Of a DNA stretch of 42,337 nt, positions 40,824 to 42,337 are shown piece after piece. How positions within the stretch are numbered: the stretch's first letter is position 1; every line of letters starts with the position of its first letter. The position numbers and the translations under genes are program-made. The notes beneath the pieces are model-generated. The model was not told the origin of the DNA, did no database searches, and worked only from the letters and a program-made list of their open reading frames with translations. Origin of the DNA: a virus. Location: the IMG/VR virus record IMGVR_UViG_3300045988_126214, one strand, 5' to 3'.

Positions 40824-42248
40824 ATGGAGGTAACGATTATCAGAAAGGTAGAATTATCAATGGATGAACAAAAGAAGTATGAGGTGATCAAATCATTGGC
40901 AGATCATCCAGCCCCTAACAAGCAGAGAGCTGCCCTTACTCTCGGTTGTACTGTACGTCACATTAACCGTATGCTTAAAGGCTACAAAGAGCATGGCAAA
41001 GCCTATTTTATCCATGGCAACAGAGGACGTAAGCCAGCCAATACCATCCCCAATGAAACTCGTAATCTTGTTGTCGATTTATACCGCAACAAATACTATG
41101 ATGCCAATTTTGTGCATTTCACTGAGTTATTAGGAAAACATGAAGATATCCACATCTCCCCTTCAGCGGTTATGTCTATTCTCGAAGCTGAATACATTCT
41201 CTCTCCCAAGGCTACAAAAGCTAAGAAAAAGAGAATCAAAGAACAATTAAAAGCCGATAAAAAAGCAGCGAAATCTCAGAAAGAAGCGGATCAGATACAG
41301 ATTAATCTTGTTGCTCTTGAGGACGCCCATTCCCGCCGTCCCAGAGCCGCTTATTTCGGTGAACTGCAGCAAATGGACGCAACTCCCTACGAATGGATCC
41401 CCGGTCAGATATGGCATCTGCATCTGGCTATAGATGATGCTACAGGAAGGATTACCGGCGGTTGGTTTGATACCCAGGAAACTCTGAATGGCTATTACCA
41501 CGTTTTCCATCAGATCCTCACAACTTACGGTATCCCCTACAAGTTCTTTACAGACCGCCGTACTGTTTTCACCTATAAAAAGAAAAACTCCCCATCTATC
41601 GATGAGGATACCTATACACAGTTTGCCTATGCCTGTAAACAGCTGGGGGTTGAACTGGGATCAAGCAGTGTGCCTCAGGCAAAAGGACGTGTAGAACGCC
41701 TGAACCAGACGCTACAGTCGCGCCTGCCAGTCGAGTTAAGACTTGCAGGCATAACGACCATAGACGCTGCCAATGAATTCCTAAACTCCTACATAAAGGA
41801 ATTCAATGAGAAGTTTTCCCTTCCCATTCATGGTATCAAGTCTGTGTTCGAAGTGCAACCCCAAATTGAAAAAATTAACCTGATTCTTGCAGTTTTATGC
41901 GAAAGAACGGTAGATACCGGACACTGTTTAAGGCATTCCAATAAATACTACCGTATGATTGACAGCAGAGGCAATCAGGTCCACTACCGAAAAGGAACAA
42001 AGGTAATGTTTATTCAGGCTTTTGATGGCAGTCAATACTGCTGTGTAAATGACAAAGACATCTACGCACTGGAAGAAATACCCGAGCACGAAACAAAATC
42101 AAAAGACTTAGATATAGACTATACTCCGCCAAAACCAAAGAAGCCCCGCATTCCACCAATGAATCATCCCTGGCGTCGCCAACAGTTTGGAAAGTTTGTC
42201 AAACAGCAAGAACACCACCAGAATGATCAAGATACAAAAATTGCCTGA
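40824..42248 (+). CDS. DDE (rve/integrase-core) transposase with an N-terminal HTH, ISNCY-like
   Basis: N-terminal HTH (ALTLGCTVRHINRMLKGY). Catalytic QMDATP (D), FFTDRRTVF (D), AKGRVERLNQTLQ (E). Alternative start at ATG 40860. Confidence 0.88.
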   Translation: MEVTIIRKVELSMDEQKKYEVIKSLADHPAPNKQRAALTLGCTVRHINRMLKGYKEHGKAYFIHGNRGRKPANTIPNETRNLVVDLYRNKYYDANFVHFTELLGKHEDIHISPSAVMSILEAEYILSPKATKAKKKRIKEQLKADKKAAKSQKEADQIQINLVALEDAHSRRPRAAYFGELQQMDATPYEWIPGQIWHLHLAIDDATGRITGGWFDTQETLNGYYHVFHQILTTYGIPYKFFTDRRTVFTYKKKNSPSIDEDTYTQFAYACKQLGVELGSSSVPQAKGRVERLNQTLQSRLPVELRLAGITTIDAANEFLNSYIKEFNEKFSLPIHGIKSVFEVQPQIEKINLILAVLCERTVDTGHCLRHSNKYYRMIDSRGNQVHYRKGTKVMFIQAFDGSQYCCVNDKDIYALEEIPEHETKSKDLDIDYTPPKPKKPRIPPMNHPWRRQQFGKFVKQQEHHQNDQDTKIA

Positions 42249-42282
42249 GGAATGAAACGAATCAATTTAACAAGCCCCAGCA

Positions 42283-42337
42283 AAAAGCCGGGGCTAATAC
42301 TTCAATTATTTTAGGACATTTTCAAAAACGCTTGACA
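42283..42337. repeat. 55-bp terminal overlap (identical to 1-55)
   Basis: See 1-55. Confidence 0.9.

Larger units (their letters stand above)
40747..42337 (+). mobile_element. ISNCY-family (IS1202-group-like) insertion sequence, ~1590 bp; its right end is position 42336, equivalent to position 54
   Basis: Imperfect terminal inverted repeats centred on AATGTCCTAA (40764-40773) and TTAGGACATT (42311-42320, equivalent to 29-38). Single DDE transposase gene. Flanked by 29-bp direct repeats. Confidence 0.8.

Overview
The window is one complete, circularly closed replicon. Positions 1-55 are identical to 42283-42337, so the unique length is 42,282 bp. It is a temperate siphovirus-type tailed phage with low-GC Gram-positive (Clostridia-like) signals: AGGAGG-type RBSs, sigmaA-like promoters, and a SPOR-domain amidase.

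Layout on the + strand:
- 87-3889: cro-like early operon of many tiny genes. Four minus-strand mini-genes are embedded in it. Three of them carry the same promoter/palindrome cassette, and two are an exact gene duplication.
- 3905-8380: hairpin-rich candidate origin, HUH rolling-circle Rep, RNase H-like protein, ParA, and a 691-aa ParB-like protein.
- 8546-14416: SSB, HNH-like protein, PD-(D/E)xK nuclease, DUF551-like protein, lipoprotein, and a sigma-r4-like late activator.
- 14524-14595: tRNA-Ile(UAU).
- 14695-35536: HNH, P27-type TerS, TerL, portal, ClpP protease, HK97-type capsid, connectors, major tail protein, G/GT chaperone with a -1 frameshift, a promoter-to-terminator moron, a 2090-aa tape measure, Dit, and a 1358-aa collagen-repeat Tal/fibre with an S74 chaperone domain.
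- 35634-37057: lysis cassette.
- 37259-37509: attP arm repeats.

Minus-strand lysogeny module: tyrosine integrase, a 65-aa acidic ORF, a 257-aa MazF/PemK-fold protein with large insertions, and a cI-like HTH repressor that has no S24 domain.

A 1.59-kb ISNCY/IS1202-like IS with a 29-bp target duplication sits exactly between the divergent repressor and cro promoters.

The most interesting region is the lysogeny/accessory block at 38616-40270. It holds the orphan split-MazF-like gene, two Cheo/LexA-like boxes over divergent promoters (one driving a 41-aa ORF that could be an antirepressor), a promoter-palindrome-terminator unit that could make a small RNA, and a terminator/antiterminator plus countertranscript architecture in the int leader. 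All functional calls come from motif reading by eye. No database searches were run.
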